From the NCBI GenBank assembly GCA_002479075.1, contig DLLG01000020.1, positions 746 to 64,745 of the forward strand: DNA of 64,000 nucleotides, written 5' to 3'. The notes below the pieces were generated by a model. That model saw nothing but the letters and a program-made list of their open reading frames with translations, was not told the origin of the DNA and ran no database searches. This stretch comes from Clostridiales bacterium UBA7568 (GTDB taxonomy: Bacteria; Bacillota; Clostridia; Oscillospirales; CAG-272). Below, in pieces: positions 36,243 through 46,237 of this stretch. Within the stretch, counting starts at the first letter, position 1; each line of letters begins with the position of its first letter. The translations under genes and the position numbers were made by a program.

Positions 36243-36318
36243 ATATATGTTGATTTTTTGTTATTCTGTTCAAAAAAACGGAACACGAAGCCAAACAATA
36301 TTATTAAGGAGTAAATAT

Positions 36319-38397
36319 ATGGGAAAAGTACTTACAAAAGACATCCGCAACGTATGCCTTCTCGGTCACAGCGCCGACGGTAAAACGTCTCTTGCGGAGG
36401 CAATGCTTTATCTTACGAAAGGAACAGACCGTCTCGGCAATCCGACAGACGGAAACACCGTCTGCGATTACGATCCCGAGGAGATCAAGCGCGGCTTCTC
36501 TCTTTCGGCATCGATTGCTCCGGTTAATTATAAAGGTACGAAGATAAACATAATAGACACTCCCGGATACCTCGATTTTTCCGGAGAGGTTGTTCAGGCT
36601 CTCAGAGTTACCGGCGCTGCGCTCATCGTTGTAAACGCAAAAGCGGGCGTTGAAGTCGGAACGGAGATCGCTTGGAGAAACGTTACGGATCGTCACGTTC
36701 CGAGAGCATTCTTCATCAATAAATGCGATGATCCCGAAGCCCGCTTCGGTCACGTTTTCAAAGAGCTTCACGAAATGTTCGGAAACAGCGTGTGCCCCGT
36801 TGTCATCCCCGTTCTCAAGGGCGATGATATTGTCGGTCTTCTCGATCTTATCGATATGAAGGCTGTCGGCTTTGGCAAGGGCAATGCAGGCAAGGAGATT
36901 GCAATTCCCGAAGAAAACAACGAAAGAATTGAAAAATTCCGCGAAATGCTGATGGAATCCATCGCCGAAACAAGCGACGAGCTTATGGAAAAATATTTCG
37001 GCGGCGAAGAAATCACAAGAGAAGAAGCCCTCAAAGCGGTTCACGAAGGCGTCCGCACAGGCTCGATCTCTCCCGTGCTCTGCGGCTCGGCAACAAACCT
37101 CTGCGGAATCGAGTCCCTTATGGACTTCATCGTCGATACGTTCCCGAATCCCCTCTTCCATAAGGGCGAGATCGTTACGGACGACGACGGCACAGAACAC
37201 ACAACAACTATGAGCGAAGACGGCGCACCCTCCATCTTCGTATTCAAGACAATCGCAGACCCGTTCGTCGGTAAAATGTCGTTCTTCAAGGTTATGAACG
37301 GCGAACTCAAGAGCGGAACCGAGCTCAAGAACCTCAGAACGGATCAGACGGAAAAATTTGCTCATATCTATACAATCTGCGGCAAAAAGCAGACAGAGGT
37401 CGATTCTCTCTGCTGCGGCGACATCGGCGTTACGGCGAAGCTCGCAAACACAAACACAAACGACACCCTCTCCGCAGATCCCGCTGCAAAGCCCTATAAG
37501 AAGATCGTTTATCCCGAATCCTTCTATCAGAGAGCAATCATCTCCAAGGGCAAGGGCGAGGAAGACAAGATTGCGCAGGGTATCGCAAGACTTATTGAAG
37601 AAGATCCCTCAATCAAGTATGAAAACAACGCGGAAACAAAGCAGATGCTCGTTTCCGGCCAGGGCGACATTCATATCGACGTTATCGTTTCCAAGCTGAA
37701 ATCCCGTTTCGGCGTTTCCGTTGATCTCGAACAGCCCAAGGTTGCATACAGAGAGACGATCAGAGGCCGCAGCGACGTTCAGGGCAAGCATAAGAAACAG
37801 TCCGGCGGTCACGGTCAGTACGGCGACGTTCGCATCCGTTTCTCCCCCGGCGAAACAGAAGGACTTACCTTTGAAGTATCCGTTGTCGGCGGTACGGTTC
37901 CGAAGAACTTCAACCCCGCAGTCGAAAAGGGACTTCTCGAATCAATGCAGAAGGGCGTTCTCGCAGGTTACCCCGTTGTTTACCTGAAAGCAGACCTCTA
38001 TGACGGTTCGTATCACCCCGTTGACTCTTCGGAAATGGCGTTCAAGATTGCCGCTTCTCTTGCATATAAGGAAGGCCTTATGAAGGCTAACCCCGTTCTC
38101 CTTGAGCCAGTTGCAAACGTCAAGGTGTACGCTCCCTCCGATATGCTCGGCGATATTATGTCCGCTTTCACAAAGCGCAGAGGCAGAGTTCTCGGTATGA
38201 CGCCGACAGAAAGAAAGGGCGAGCAGATGCTCGAAGCTGAAGCTCCGATCGCAGAAATGTCCGACTTTGCAATTCAGCTCCGCGCTATCACGCAGGGCAG
38301 AGGCACATATACAATGAAGTTTGAACGCTATGAGGACGTTCCTCAGATGGTTGCAGACAAGATCATTGCAGAAGCCAAAGCAAACGCAGACGAATAA
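36319..38397 (+). CDS. Elongation factor G paralogue (EF-G2-like) with non-canonical G motifs
   Basis: ATG at 36319, 7 nt after AAGGAG. G1 is GHSADGKTS, G3 is DTPGYLDF (Tyr in place of the catalytic His), G4 is NKCD. EF-G domains II-V are collinear; 692 aa. Confidence 0.85.
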   Translation: MGKVLTKDIRNVCLLGHSADGKTSLAEAMLYLTKGTDRLGNPTDGNTVCDYDPEEIKRGFSLSASIAPVNYKGTKINIIDTPGYLDFSGEVVQALRVTGAALIVVNAKAGVEVGTEIAWRNVTDRHVPRAFFINKCDDPEARFGHVFKELHEMFGNSVCPVVIPVLKGDDIVGLLDLIDMKAVGFGKGNAGKEIAIPEENNERIEKFREMLMESIAETSDELMEKYFGGEEITREEALKAVHEGVRTGSISPVLCGSATNLCGIESLMDFIVDTFPNPLFHKGEIVTDDDGTEHTTTMSEDGAPSIFVFKTIADPFVGKMSFFKVMNGELKSGTELKNLRTDQTEKFAHIYTICGKKQTEVDSLCCGDIGVTAKLANTNTNDTLSADPAAKPYKKIVYPESFYQRAIISKGKGEEDKIAQGIARLIEEDPSIKYENNAETKQMLVSGQGDIHIDVIVSKLKSRFGVSVDLEQPKVAYRETIRGRSDVQGKHKKQSGGHGQYGDVRIRFSPGETEGLTFEVSVVGGTVPKNFNPAVEKGLLESMQKGVLAGYPVVYLKADLYDGSYHPVDSSEMAFKIAASLAYKEGLMKANPVLLEPVANVKVYAPSDMLGDIMSAFTKRRGRVLGMTPTERKGEQMLEAEAPIAEMSDFAIQLRAITQGRGTYTMKFERYEDVPQMVADKIIAEAKANADE

Positions 38398-38403
38398 AAA
38401 ACA

Positions 38404-38431
38404 AGAGCCGCCCCTTTCGGGCGGCTCTTTT
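38404..38431 (+). terminator. Terminator of the EF-G-like gene
   Basis: agagccgccc ctttc gggcggctct plus TTTT. Confidence 0.8.
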
Positions 38432-38557
38432 ATCGGAGAAAGAATAACGGAGCAGGGAGACTTTGATCGCATTTTATCGGATATTTATGTGCAAAAATCA
38501 AAGCGGACGGCACTCCTGAAAAGTTCCGCCTTTCCCCTCCGTTTTTTCATTTTTATA

Positions 38558-38586
38558 TCAAAAACCCTCGCCGAAGCGAGGGTTTT
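38558..38586 (-). terminator. Terminator of murA
   Basis: ccctcgc cgaa gcgaggg stem flanked by A-run and T-run. Confidence 0.7.
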
Positions 38587-38589
38587 GTT

Positions 38590-39873
38590 TCAGCCTGTTT
38601 TCATATCGGCGTCGTCCGGCGTGTTTATCTTTCTGATTCTTGCGCCGAGCGAGCGAAGCTTTGAGACAATATCGTCATAGCCCCGTTCTATGTAATGAAC
38701 GTCTTCGATCTCCGTTCTTCCGGAAGCGGCGAGTCCGGCAATTATCATAGCGGCGCCCGCCCTCAGGTCAACAGCCCTCACGCACGCTCCCGTAAGAGCC
38801 CCGCCTTCGACGACGGCGGTCTTTCCGTCAACCTTGATTGAAGCTCCCATTCTGCGGAGCTCGTCAACATAGCGGAAGCGTCCGTCCCAGATTGTTTCGG
38901 AAAGATGGCTCGTACCGCTTGCAAGGCACATAAGAGTTGCTATCTGCGGGTTCATATCCGTCGGGAAGCCGGGATAAGGAAGCGTTTTGACGTTTGCCGC
39001 AAGCAATTCGCCCCTGCGGGTAACCATAACCGCCTCATCGTATTCCTCAACCTCCGCGCCCATCTCGCAGACCTTTGCGGTTATCGCTTCAAGGTGCTTG
39101 GGGATAACATTGTCTATATATACCCTGCCGCCCGTCGCCGCCGTCGCAACCATAAACGTTCCCGCCTCAATCATATCGGGAATGATGCTGTATGTGCAGC
39201 CGTGCAGCTTTTCAACGCCTTTTACCTTTATAACATCCGTGCCGGCGCCCGTAATATTTGCGCCGCAGAAGTTCAGAAAGTTTGCAAGGTCAACTATATG
39301 CGGCTCCTTTGCGGCGTTTTCGATAACGGTCAATCCGTCGCAAAGAACAGCGGCAATCATCGTATTTATCGTTGCGCCGACTGTCACGCAGTCAAAAAAT
39401 ATGTTTGCGCTTTTGAGCCCGCCGTCCGTTACGGCTTCAAGACAGCCCCCCGCAACGTTTACCGTCGCTCCCATTGCCGCAAATGCTTTTATATGCTGAT
39501 CTATCGGGCGCGAGCCGAAGTCGCAGCCGCCGGGCAAACCGACCTTTGCCGAGCCGAAACGGGCAAGGCAAGCTCCCGCAAGATAATACGAAGCACGCAT
39601 TTTCCTTGCCAGCTCAAACGGCACAACCTTGTTTTTGACCCTTCTTGTATCTATTTCAACCGCATTTCTGCCGACGGCGCGCACCTTTGCGCCGATGCTC
39701 GAAAGCATCTCAAGCGACTGTCTTACGTCGCTTATACCGGGAAGATTCTCTATTATACAGACGTCGCCCGTTGTTATGCAGGCAAAAAGCACGGCAACAG
39801 CGGCATTTTTCATCCCGCTTATCTCAACCTTGCCGCAGAGCTCCGCGCCCCCGTCAATAACTATCTTTTCCAT
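38590..39873 (-). CDS. murA: UDP-N-acetylglucosamine 1-carboxyvinyltransferase
   Basis: GAKNAAV-type N-terminus (SGMKNAAVAVL), active-site loop LPGGCDFGSRPID, 427 aa. Confidence 0.95.
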   Translation of the reverse strand: MEKIVIDGGAELCGKVEISGMKNAAVAVLFACITTGDVCIIENLPGISDVRQSLEMLSSIGAKVRAVGRNAVEIDTRRVKNKVVPFELARKMRASYYLAGACLARFGSAKVGLPGGCDFGSRPIDQHIKAFAAMGATVNVAGGCLEAVTDGGLKSANIFFDCVTVGATINTMIAAVLCDGLTVIENAAKEPHIVDLANFLNFCGANITGAGTDVIKVKGVEKLHGCTYSIIPDMIEAGTFMVATAATGGRVYIDNVIPKHLEAITAKVCEMGAEVEEYDEAVMVTRRGELLAANVKTLPYPGFPTDMNPQIATLMCLASGTSHLSETIWDGRFRYVDELRRMGASIKVDGKTAVVEGGALTGACVRAVDLRAGAAMIIAGLAASGRTEIEDVHYIERGYDDIVSKLRSLGARIRKINTPDDADMKTG

Positions 39874-39953
39874 AAGTCTCAGCCTTTCTTTCGGTTCGGA
39901 AAGAGTTCCTTTATAAATTATATTGTTTCATACGACAAATTGCAACAGTTTTT

Positions 39954-40889
39954 TTATTTTTTCATTCCGTCCGTCAGATTATAGCTGTTGACGGTACCGT
40001 CCGAATATACCAGATTGATGACGGGAACATAAAATTCCGTTCCGTCTGCGGAGCGATACGCATCGTATGAGTAATAAAGCATTGAGAGCGTCAGCTGTAT
40101 CTTTTTTGCGGCGGGATCCTTTTGCTGCTGCGCGGAAAAATATTCGCCTGCCCAGCGTTTTTCGTCAAACAATACCGTCAGAAGATCGGCGCAGTCCGCC
40201 TTGAGCTTTTCGTCCGGCAAAAGAAGCGAAAAATTTCCCTCTCCGGAAACGATGTTCCCGCTCGCGTCCGTCAGCATATAAAAAGCGTTTGATGACTGCA
40301 CCCCGCCGATATATTGCAGAAACATCGCCGCGTAACAACCGTCGTCCGTTACGAAAAGGCGATACAGCTTTGCATCTGTTTTTTCCGCCTTTCTGTTCTG
40401 CGAAAGCGAATTGATCTTTTCAATCGGCATCGCTTTTTTCATAGCCGCTTCAAGCTTTTCCGTATATTCGTCGAGTATGAATATCTGCCTTGCCCTGCTC
40501 GAATCTATGATCTGTCTCGGCATTTCCGTTTCTCCGTCGCGACGGTATTCAAAGCCGCCGTCTCCGAAAAAGCAATATGTTCCGCTTGCCGTTTTTGCAA
40601 CGTATTTGCCGTCGTCCGCTTCGGCGGAGCCGAACACTTCCCTGACAGCCTCCTTGGTCGCCCCGTCTTTATATTCTCTTTTATACACAGGAAGCGAGAC
40701 CTTCTTTGCGCGCAGATAGCTTTCTTCGATATATATCCCGCTCTCGGACATAAGCGCCCTGACGGAAGCTATCTCACTTTCCGAATAATAATGCGCCCTT
40801 TTATACTGCCGATTTACCTCGATCCCGAAGAAAATATTCATTATAATAAGCACGACTATCGCAAACGTCTTGAGATTTTTCCAGCTCAT
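39954..40889 (-). CDS. YycI-like membrane-anchored regulatory protein
   Basis: N-terminus MSWKNLKTFAIVVLIIMNIFF resembles the YycI anchor. Last gene of the Wal-like operon, with ATGA overlap to the upstream gene. Confidence 0.5.
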   Translation of the reverse strand: MSWKNLKTFAIVVLIIMNIFFGIEVNRQYKRAHYYSESEIASVRALMSESGIYIEESYLRAKKVSLPVYKREYKDGATKEAVREVFGSAEADDGKYVAKTASGTYCFFGDGGFEYRRDGETEMPRQIIDSSRARQIFILDEYTEKLEAAMKKAMPIEKINSLSQNRKAEKTDAKLYRLFVTDDGCYAAMFLQYIGGVQSSNAFYMLTDASGNIVSGEGNFSLLLPDEKLKADCADLLTVLFDEKRWAGEYFSAQQQKDPAAKKIQLTLSMLYYSYDAYRSADGTEFYVPVINLVYSDGTVNSYNLTDGMKK

Positions 40890-42301
40890 TTCCCGCTTTC
40901 CTCCGTCGCCTTTGCAAACAGCCAGACCGCGCCGACAGATTTTTCTCCGTCTCCCGCGACGTAAAACGGCACAAGCCTGCCGTCTCCCGTTTGCTCATAT
41001 TTATAAAGCTCCTCATACCATCTTCTCGGGCACAAGCCGAACCTCTTTGTCGATTGCAGAGTATATATTCCGATCTCTGCGGAGACGAGCCTGTCGCCGA
41101 CAAAATCAAAGCGGAGAAGATCGGCTCTGCCGTCAAAAACGGAAACGTTATTACATTCGTATCCGAAGGCGACCTCCGTGCTTTCACCGTTTTTATAAAC
41201 GCCGACAAGCCTGATATTTTCCGCATCGCAAAGACCGGATGCCTTCAGAAGCCGGAGCGCCGCGCCGATATAATCATAAACCGTGCTGCTTTCGGAATAA
41301 GAATTGACCCTCACCCCGCTCGCATCGCCCGTTGCCGTATAGACGAGCTTTCCTTCGCGATACAGCTTGATATTATGCCCTTCCTCAATATACGAAACGG
41401 CACCGTCGCTTTCCTCATACCTGACAGCCTTTTCATAATTTATTCCGAACGCTCCCGCGGCGCGGGATATTTCGCCCTCGCTCGACGTTATATCTTTTTT
41501 CAGGATAAAGACCTCCGGCGCAGACATACTTTCCGTCTTTATATCCATCCCGGAAAAACAGCTTCCTCCCCCGAACTCAAAGGAAAACGCCCCCGATGTA
41601 TTATATGAAAAAATTCTTTCTCTGTTAAAATAGGTATCCGAGAACCCTTGCGGAACCGAGGTTGTCTCGAAAAGGTAATACTCTCCGTGACGGTTTCTCG
41701 TGACAACGGAAAACGCATAAAGCCTTGTTATGGTCTTTTCCCCGTATATATCCGTAATCTCGATTTCCTTCGGGTCGCCGCAGGGGAAAATTATCAGCTC
41801 GCTTATATTCTCCCCGCCGATGCCGTCGGAAATGGCGTCCGGAAACGTCATATAATATATAACCGAGCGCGGAAGCTCGCCGCAAAAGCTCATATAGACG
41901 TTGTCCATTTCAAGCGCCTGCTGCCAGAGCGCCTCCCCCGCTTCATAAGAGAGCGCAGTCGTCTCTCCCTTTTCCCCAAAGGTGTCCGCAAAATAAGCGG
42001 AAAGGTTTATATAGAGGTTTTTGACCGTCGCTTCCGACGTATCCGAGAACATACCGATATGCTCCCCCTCCGCAGAGCTTATGCCGATGAACTCCGGGAC
42101 AATATGCTCCGGAGAAAAATATTTTGAATACTCGCTTTTTGACGACTGTCGTTTAAGATCCGCCATCATAGACTTTGTGAAGTCCTCGCGGCTGACCTGT
42201 CCGAAGCCGAAAATGAACACCGTGCAAAGGCAGATAAGCGACACGAGAAGCGCCGCAACGGTTGCGGTTTTTATAAGCTCCAAGGCTCTGCTCTTTTTCA
42301 T
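40886..42301 (-). CDS. YycH-like membrane-anchored regulatory protein
   Basis: 471 aa with a single N-terminal TM. Sits directly after the kinase, as in walRK-yycHI operons. Confidence 0.45.
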   Translation of the reverse strand: MKKSRALELIKTATVAALLVSLICLCTVFIFGFGQVSREDFTKSMMADLKRQSSKSEYSKYFSPEHIVPEFIGISSAEGEHIGMFSDTSEATVKNLYINLSAYFADTFGEKGETTALSYEAGEALWQQALEMDNVYMSFCGELPRSVIYYMTFPDAISDGIGGENISELIIFPCGDPKEIEITDIYGEKTITRLYAFSVVTRNRHGEYYLFETTSVPQGFSDTYFNRERIFSYNTSGAFSFEFGGGSCFSGMDIKTESMSAPEVFILKKDITSSEGEISRAAGAFGINYEKAVRYEESDGAVSYIEEGHNIKLYREGKLVYTATGDASGVRVNSYSESSTVYDYIGAALRLLKASGLCDAENIRLVGVYKNGESTEVAFGYECNNVSVFDGRADLLRFDFVGDRLVSAEIGIYTLQSTKRFGLCPRRWYEELYKYEQTGDGRLVPFYVAGDGEKSVGAVWLFAKATEESGK

Positions 42302-42328
42302 TTTCGCTTATCCCCTTTCTTCTGAATT

Positions 42329-44137
42329 TCAATAGGTTGTCGTTTCCATACCGCTTTCCGACGGCAGCTTTGCGTTGTACGGAAGACGGACGCATACCGT
42401 CGTTCCCTTGCCCGGCTCGGATTCAAGACTGATGCTTCCGCCGTGCGCATCGACGATTTCCTTCGCTATCGCAAGGCCGAGGCCTGTGCCGCCCGTATCC
42501 GAGGTGCGCGCTTTTTCGACCCTGTAAAACCTTTCAAATATTCTCGGCTGGTCTTCCTTCGGAATTCCCATTCCGTTATCCTTTACGGTTATTGCAACGA
42601 AATTCGGCTCGGCTTTTGCCGTTATTCCGATCTCGCCTCCGTCCGGCGTGTATTTTACGGCGTTCGCCAGAACGTTTATAAGCACCTGCTGGAGCTTTTC
42701 CTTGTCCCCTGTGACGGGCGGGATGTTTTCATCGCAGGAGCAGACCAGCTTATGATGATGATTGCCCGCCTCGACGGACATAATATCGTTCAGCCGGCGA
42801 CAGAACTCGCCGATGTCAAACGTTTCAACCTTCCATACGGTGCGGTTGTTGTCAAGACGGGAGAGAACAAGCAGCTCGCTTACAATCCTCGTCATTCTGT
42901 CACATTCTTCAATCGCCATTTGCAGGAAGTTGTTTTTCGATTCCTCGTCGAGCTGGGGGTATTCGAGAACAGTCTCAACAGCACCCTTGATGCTCGTAAG
43001 CGGGGTGCGGAGCTCGTGCGAAACATCCGCAACAAATTCCCTGCGGGATTTATCAAGCTCGTATCTGCCCGTGTTATCGTGTATAACGCACATAATTCCC
43101 GCATTTTCATCGTTGCTCTGCGTATATCTGAATTCGGCAAACGTTATATCGAGTGCCTTTCCCTCAAAGATGACGTCGCTTATTACATAATTCTTGTTTT
43201 CTCTGTATTTATCCGATATTTCTCTGTAATCGATGCGCAGAGTCTTCATCATATCGGAAAAGGAAAATTCGGCATCCTCTTTGTAAGCAAACAGCGCCTT
43301 TGCCGTTTTGTTTATATGCATCAGCCTTCCCTGACTGTCAAACGCTATGACAGCGTCGTTCAAGTAAAGGAAGAGCGTTTCAAATTTCTCCCTCTCTCCG
43401 GATATTTCGTCAAGAGTGCGCTTGAGGACATTTTTCATATTGTTGAAGGTTACGGAGAGCGTTCCGATCTCGTCGTTTGCGTTGACCTTGATCTCCTCGG
43501 AAAATTCCCCTGCGGAAATTCTCTTTGCGCTGACGGTCAGCGCTCTTATGGGCGAGGCTATCGCCTTTGCAAGGAAGAACGAAAGCACAATCGCAACAAG
43601 CATTCCGAAGAATATCGCCTGAACCGTTATCTGAAAGATCATCTCGGAAAAAGCGCGAACCTCCTCCTGCGAGTCCTTGACGTAAACAATGCAGCGCTTT
43701 CCGCCGTTTTCAAGATATACGGCGTAATCTATATAGCTTGTCCCGTAATCCTTCGCACTGCCGACGCCCCCCGCAAGAGCCGTGACGATGTTCGGCGTTA
43801 TCTCAAGCGTCGCGCCAAGCTCCGTGTCCGATCCTTCGAGCATCTTCCCGCTCATATCGAGGATATAATAGTTTCTGTATTTGCTGATGCCGAGCGCGCC
43901 GGAATATGCCCTGAGGATTTCGTTCTGCTTTGCGGAAAAATTGTCATCCGTCATCGCCGCGCGAAGCTCCTTCACAAGGCTGCCGTCCGTCGCAAGCGCC
44001 GCTGCCATCTCGTTCCGGAAGTCGCTTGAATAAAACCTGTTTGAGCTGACTATAAGCACCGCACTTATCGCCGTCATAAGGGTGATTGTGAAAACGACGA
44101 AGATAAGAATGATTTTAAAATGCAGATTTCTGTACAT
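42329..44137 (-). CDS. Sensor histidine kinase (WalK-like: 2 TM, HAMP, PAS, HisKA, HATPase)
   Basis: H-box SHELRTPLTSI, N-box NAVKYTP, G-boxes DNGMGI and GGTGLGLAI. Confidence 0.88.
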   Translation of the reverse strand: MYRNLHFKIILIFVVFTITLMTAISAVLIVSSNRFYSSDFRNEMAAALATDGSLVKELRAAMTDDNFSAKQNEILRAYSGALGISKYRNYYILDMSGKMLEGSDTELGATLEITPNIVTALAGGVGSAKDYGTSYIDYAVYLENGGKRCIVYVKDSQEEVRAFSEMIFQITVQAIFFGMLVAIVLSFFLAKAIASPIRALTVSAKRISAGEFSEEIKVNANDEIGTLSVTFNNMKNVLKRTLDEISGEREKFETLFLYLNDAVIAFDSQGRLMHINKTAKALFAYKEDAEFSFSDMMKTLRIDYREISDKYRENKNYVISDVIFEGKALDITFAEFRYTQSNDENAGIMCVIHDNTGRYELDKSRREFVADVSHELRTPLTSIKGAVETVLEYPQLDEESKNNFLQMAIEECDRMTRIVSELLVLSRLDNNRTVWKVETFDIGEFCRRLNDIMSVEAGNHHHKLVCSCDENIPPVTGDKEKLQQVLINVLANAVKYTPDGGEIGITAKAEPNFVAITVKDNGMGIPKEDQPRIFERFYRVEKARTSDTGGTGLGLAIAKEIVDAHGGSISLESEPGKGTTVCVRLPYNAKLPSESGMETTTY

Positions 44138-44155
44138 CTTTCGTCCTTTCGCCTC

Positions 44156-44875
44156 TTATGAGGGAATGTAATAGCCTTTTGTGCGCTTTGTGAGTATGTA
44201 TTCGGGCTCTGCCGGAACCTCCTCTATCTTTGAACGCAGGCGCGACATCGTAACGTCAACCGTCCGTATCCCGCCAAAGAAGTCCTCGTAGCCCCAGACC
44301 TTTTCAAGCAGCTCCTCTCTTGTGAAAAGCTCGTCCGGATGCGAGGCGAGAAACAGCAGCACCTCAAATTCCTTTTTTGAAAGCTCGATCTCCCGCCCGC
44401 CCTTTGTGACGCGGAAATTCTTTGTATCAATCTTCAATTCTCTTATGACAATCATCCCTTCTGCGGGAGCGGGCTGCTTTATCTCAACGAACTCTCCCGA
44501 GCTTCTTCTGATATTCGCCTTGATTCTTGCAAGCAGAACCTTTATGGAAAACGGCTTTGTAACATAGTCGTCCGCGCCGAGGTCAAGCCCCATAACCTTA
44601 TCGATCTCCTCCTCCTTCGCCGTCACCATTATTATAGGCGTGGACAAGGTTTTTCTTATTTCGCGACAGACGGAGAAGCCGTCTCTCTTCGGAAGCATTA
44701 TATCGAGGAGGATGAGATCGAAATTGCCCGTCAGCGCTTTTTCAAGCCCCTCCTCTCCGTCAAAGGCGGTATCACAAAGGTACCCCGCCATTTTCAGGTT
44801 GACTTCAAGCACCATCGATATTCTCTTCTCGTCCTCTATGACGAGTATTTTCTTTTTTGCGGAATTATCTTCCAT
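44156..44875 (-). CDS. OmpR-family response regulator (WalR-like)
   Basis: Receiver DLILLDIMLPKRDG plus a winged-helix C-domain (TVDVTMSRLRSKIE...TKRTKGY). Confidence 0.9.
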   Translation of the reverse strand: MEDNSAKKKILVIEDEKRISMVLEVNLKMAGYLCDTAFDGEEGLEKALTGNFDLILLDIMLPKRDGFSVCREIRKTLSTPIIMVTAKEEEIDKVMGLDLGADDYVTKPFSIKVLLARIKANIRRSSGEFVEIKQPAPAEGMIVIRELKIDTKNFRVTKGGREIELSKKEFEVLLFLASHPDELFTREELLEKVWGYEDFFGGIRTVDVTMSRLRSKIEEVPAEPEYILTKRTKGYYIPS

Positions 44876-44895
44876 AGGTCGGTTTCCTCCGGTTT

Positions 44896-46026
44896 TTATT
44901 TTGATGCGCCGTCGCCGTAAAGCATATAGGCGCAGAGAAGATCGGCAACGAGCCCATAACTCTTTATGCCCGCCTCCTGCCCGTGCGAGGTGATATATGT
45001 GTCGTTTACCTTGTTTGATACCGTCGCCGCAACGTTTTCTCTGTATTTATCAAAGAATTTCGAAAATGCGACGGTCTCCCCTCTCGTCTCCTTTGACATT
45101 TCGGAGACCAGCTTTTTATAAAGCTCCTTGTCCGCGGAATACAGCTGATCCCGCACCTCGCGGAAGGCGTCCAGATAGCCGCTGTAACGGACATAGGGGT
45201 CATCGCTCGATATGCAGACGAGGAACGCCGCGAAGTTCGCTTCGTCCTCCCTTGCAACTCCCCTCTGATGCGCCATTTCGTGCGCCGCAGAGCTGATTAT
45301 TATGAAATCAGGATAATTTACGTTTACGTTTGCTTCGCCCGTAAAGAAGCTGTAAAGGCCCGACGTATGGGTATATGTCCATATGCCGCTGAGAGCAACG
45401 GGCTTTGTATCCGAGCGGAAGCTCTGAAAGCAGGAGTATTCTTCGCTGACCTTTGCCCAGGCGTCATTCAGCTTTTCGTTCATTTCGGCATAGGAAAACG
45501 TCATAGACGAATACGTCCCCTGCGGATAAAAAACATAATCGAGCTCCTTCTCCGCGCCCGCCAAAAGCAGCTTCGCCGTATCGTAAAGCTCCTCGGCGGA
45601 GACGTTTTTCCTCTCCATTCCAAGCTTTTCGTCTATCGTTTTTCCGTAATAGCCCGTACCGTAGCCAAAGACGAAAAGCGAATACACAAGCGATATGACC
45701 GCAAGCGTACCTGAGGTGAATCTGATGAGCGAGCAAAGCGACCTTTTCCCGGCCCTTGTCATCAGCAAAACAAATATTATAAGCAAAAACGGAGAGCAGA
45801 GCAGAAGACTTTCCGCAAACGAAAACGGCAGAAAGCTCGTTATTTTCGCAAGAGCAAGCCTTATAACGGGACCCGAGCCGTCGTTTATTGCGTCGGCAAG
45901 CGCCTTGTTTGATTTTGAAATAAGCTCAATCGCAAAAGCGGCGACAAAGACGGCGAAAAGAACGATCGCCCAGACGGGAACCCAGTCCCAAAGGCGGAAT
46001 TTTCCGCTTTTGTTTTCGTCCTTCAT
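44896..46026 (-). CDS. DUF3810-type membrane protein with HExxH zinc-metalloprotease motif
   Basis: Multiple N-terminal TM segments and HEMAHQ. ATG at 46026 lies 7 nt after GGAGG; the ORF-track maximum start is 46152. Confidence 0.7.
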   Translation of the reverse strand: MKDENKSGKFRLWDWVPVWAIVLFAVFVAAFAIELISKSNKALADAINDGSGPVIRLALAKITSFLPFSFAESLLLCSPFLLIIFVLLMTRAGKRSLCSLIRFTSGTLAVISLVYSLFVFGYGTGYYGKTIDEKLGMERKNVSAEELYDTAKLLLAGAEKELDYVFYPQGTYSSMTFSYAEMNEKLNDAWAKVSEEYSCFQSFRSDTKPVALSGIWTYTHTSGLYSFFTGEANVNVNYPDFIIISSAAHEMAHQRGVAREDEANFAAFLVCISSDDPYVRYSGYLDAFREVRDQLYSADKELYKKLVSEMSKETRGETVAFSKFFDKYRENVAATVSNKVNDTYITSHGQEAGIKSYGLVADLLCAYMLYGDGASK

Positions 46027-46167
46027 TTTCATCCCTCCTCCTGTCCGATATTTTCGGATATACATATTCAATATATCATATATTTTATCTCTTTTCAACA
46101 CTTTTTCTCCGCTCGCCCGGTTTTTACGGAATTTACCGATTTTTCTTGCCATTGTTTGTCCGCGGTG

Positions 46168-46196
46168 TTGAAATTTTTATAAAAATGTGGTATAAT
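46168..46196 (+). promoter_or_regulatory. Sigma-A-type promoter of radC-uvrBA
   Basis: TTGAAA, 17 nt, TGgTATAAT. Confidence 0.55.
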
Positions 46197-46237
46197 ATTG
46201 TGTTACAAAATCACTGCCTGAAACGGAGGGAACCGGT

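Noticed and set aside
42443-44029. 528-aa ORF antisense to the WalK-like kinase gene. Similar long antisense ORFs lie at 50118..51305 (uvrA), 28586..29707 (GH94), 36304..37365 (EF-G-like), 38905..39984 (murA), 5404..6516 (clpP/tig), 14057..14992 (secA) and 21152..22081 (flavoprotein).
   Set aside because: Each lies opposite a gene with clear family signatures and has low-complexity, Arg-rich or Cys-rich translations. I treat all of them as non-coding shadows.
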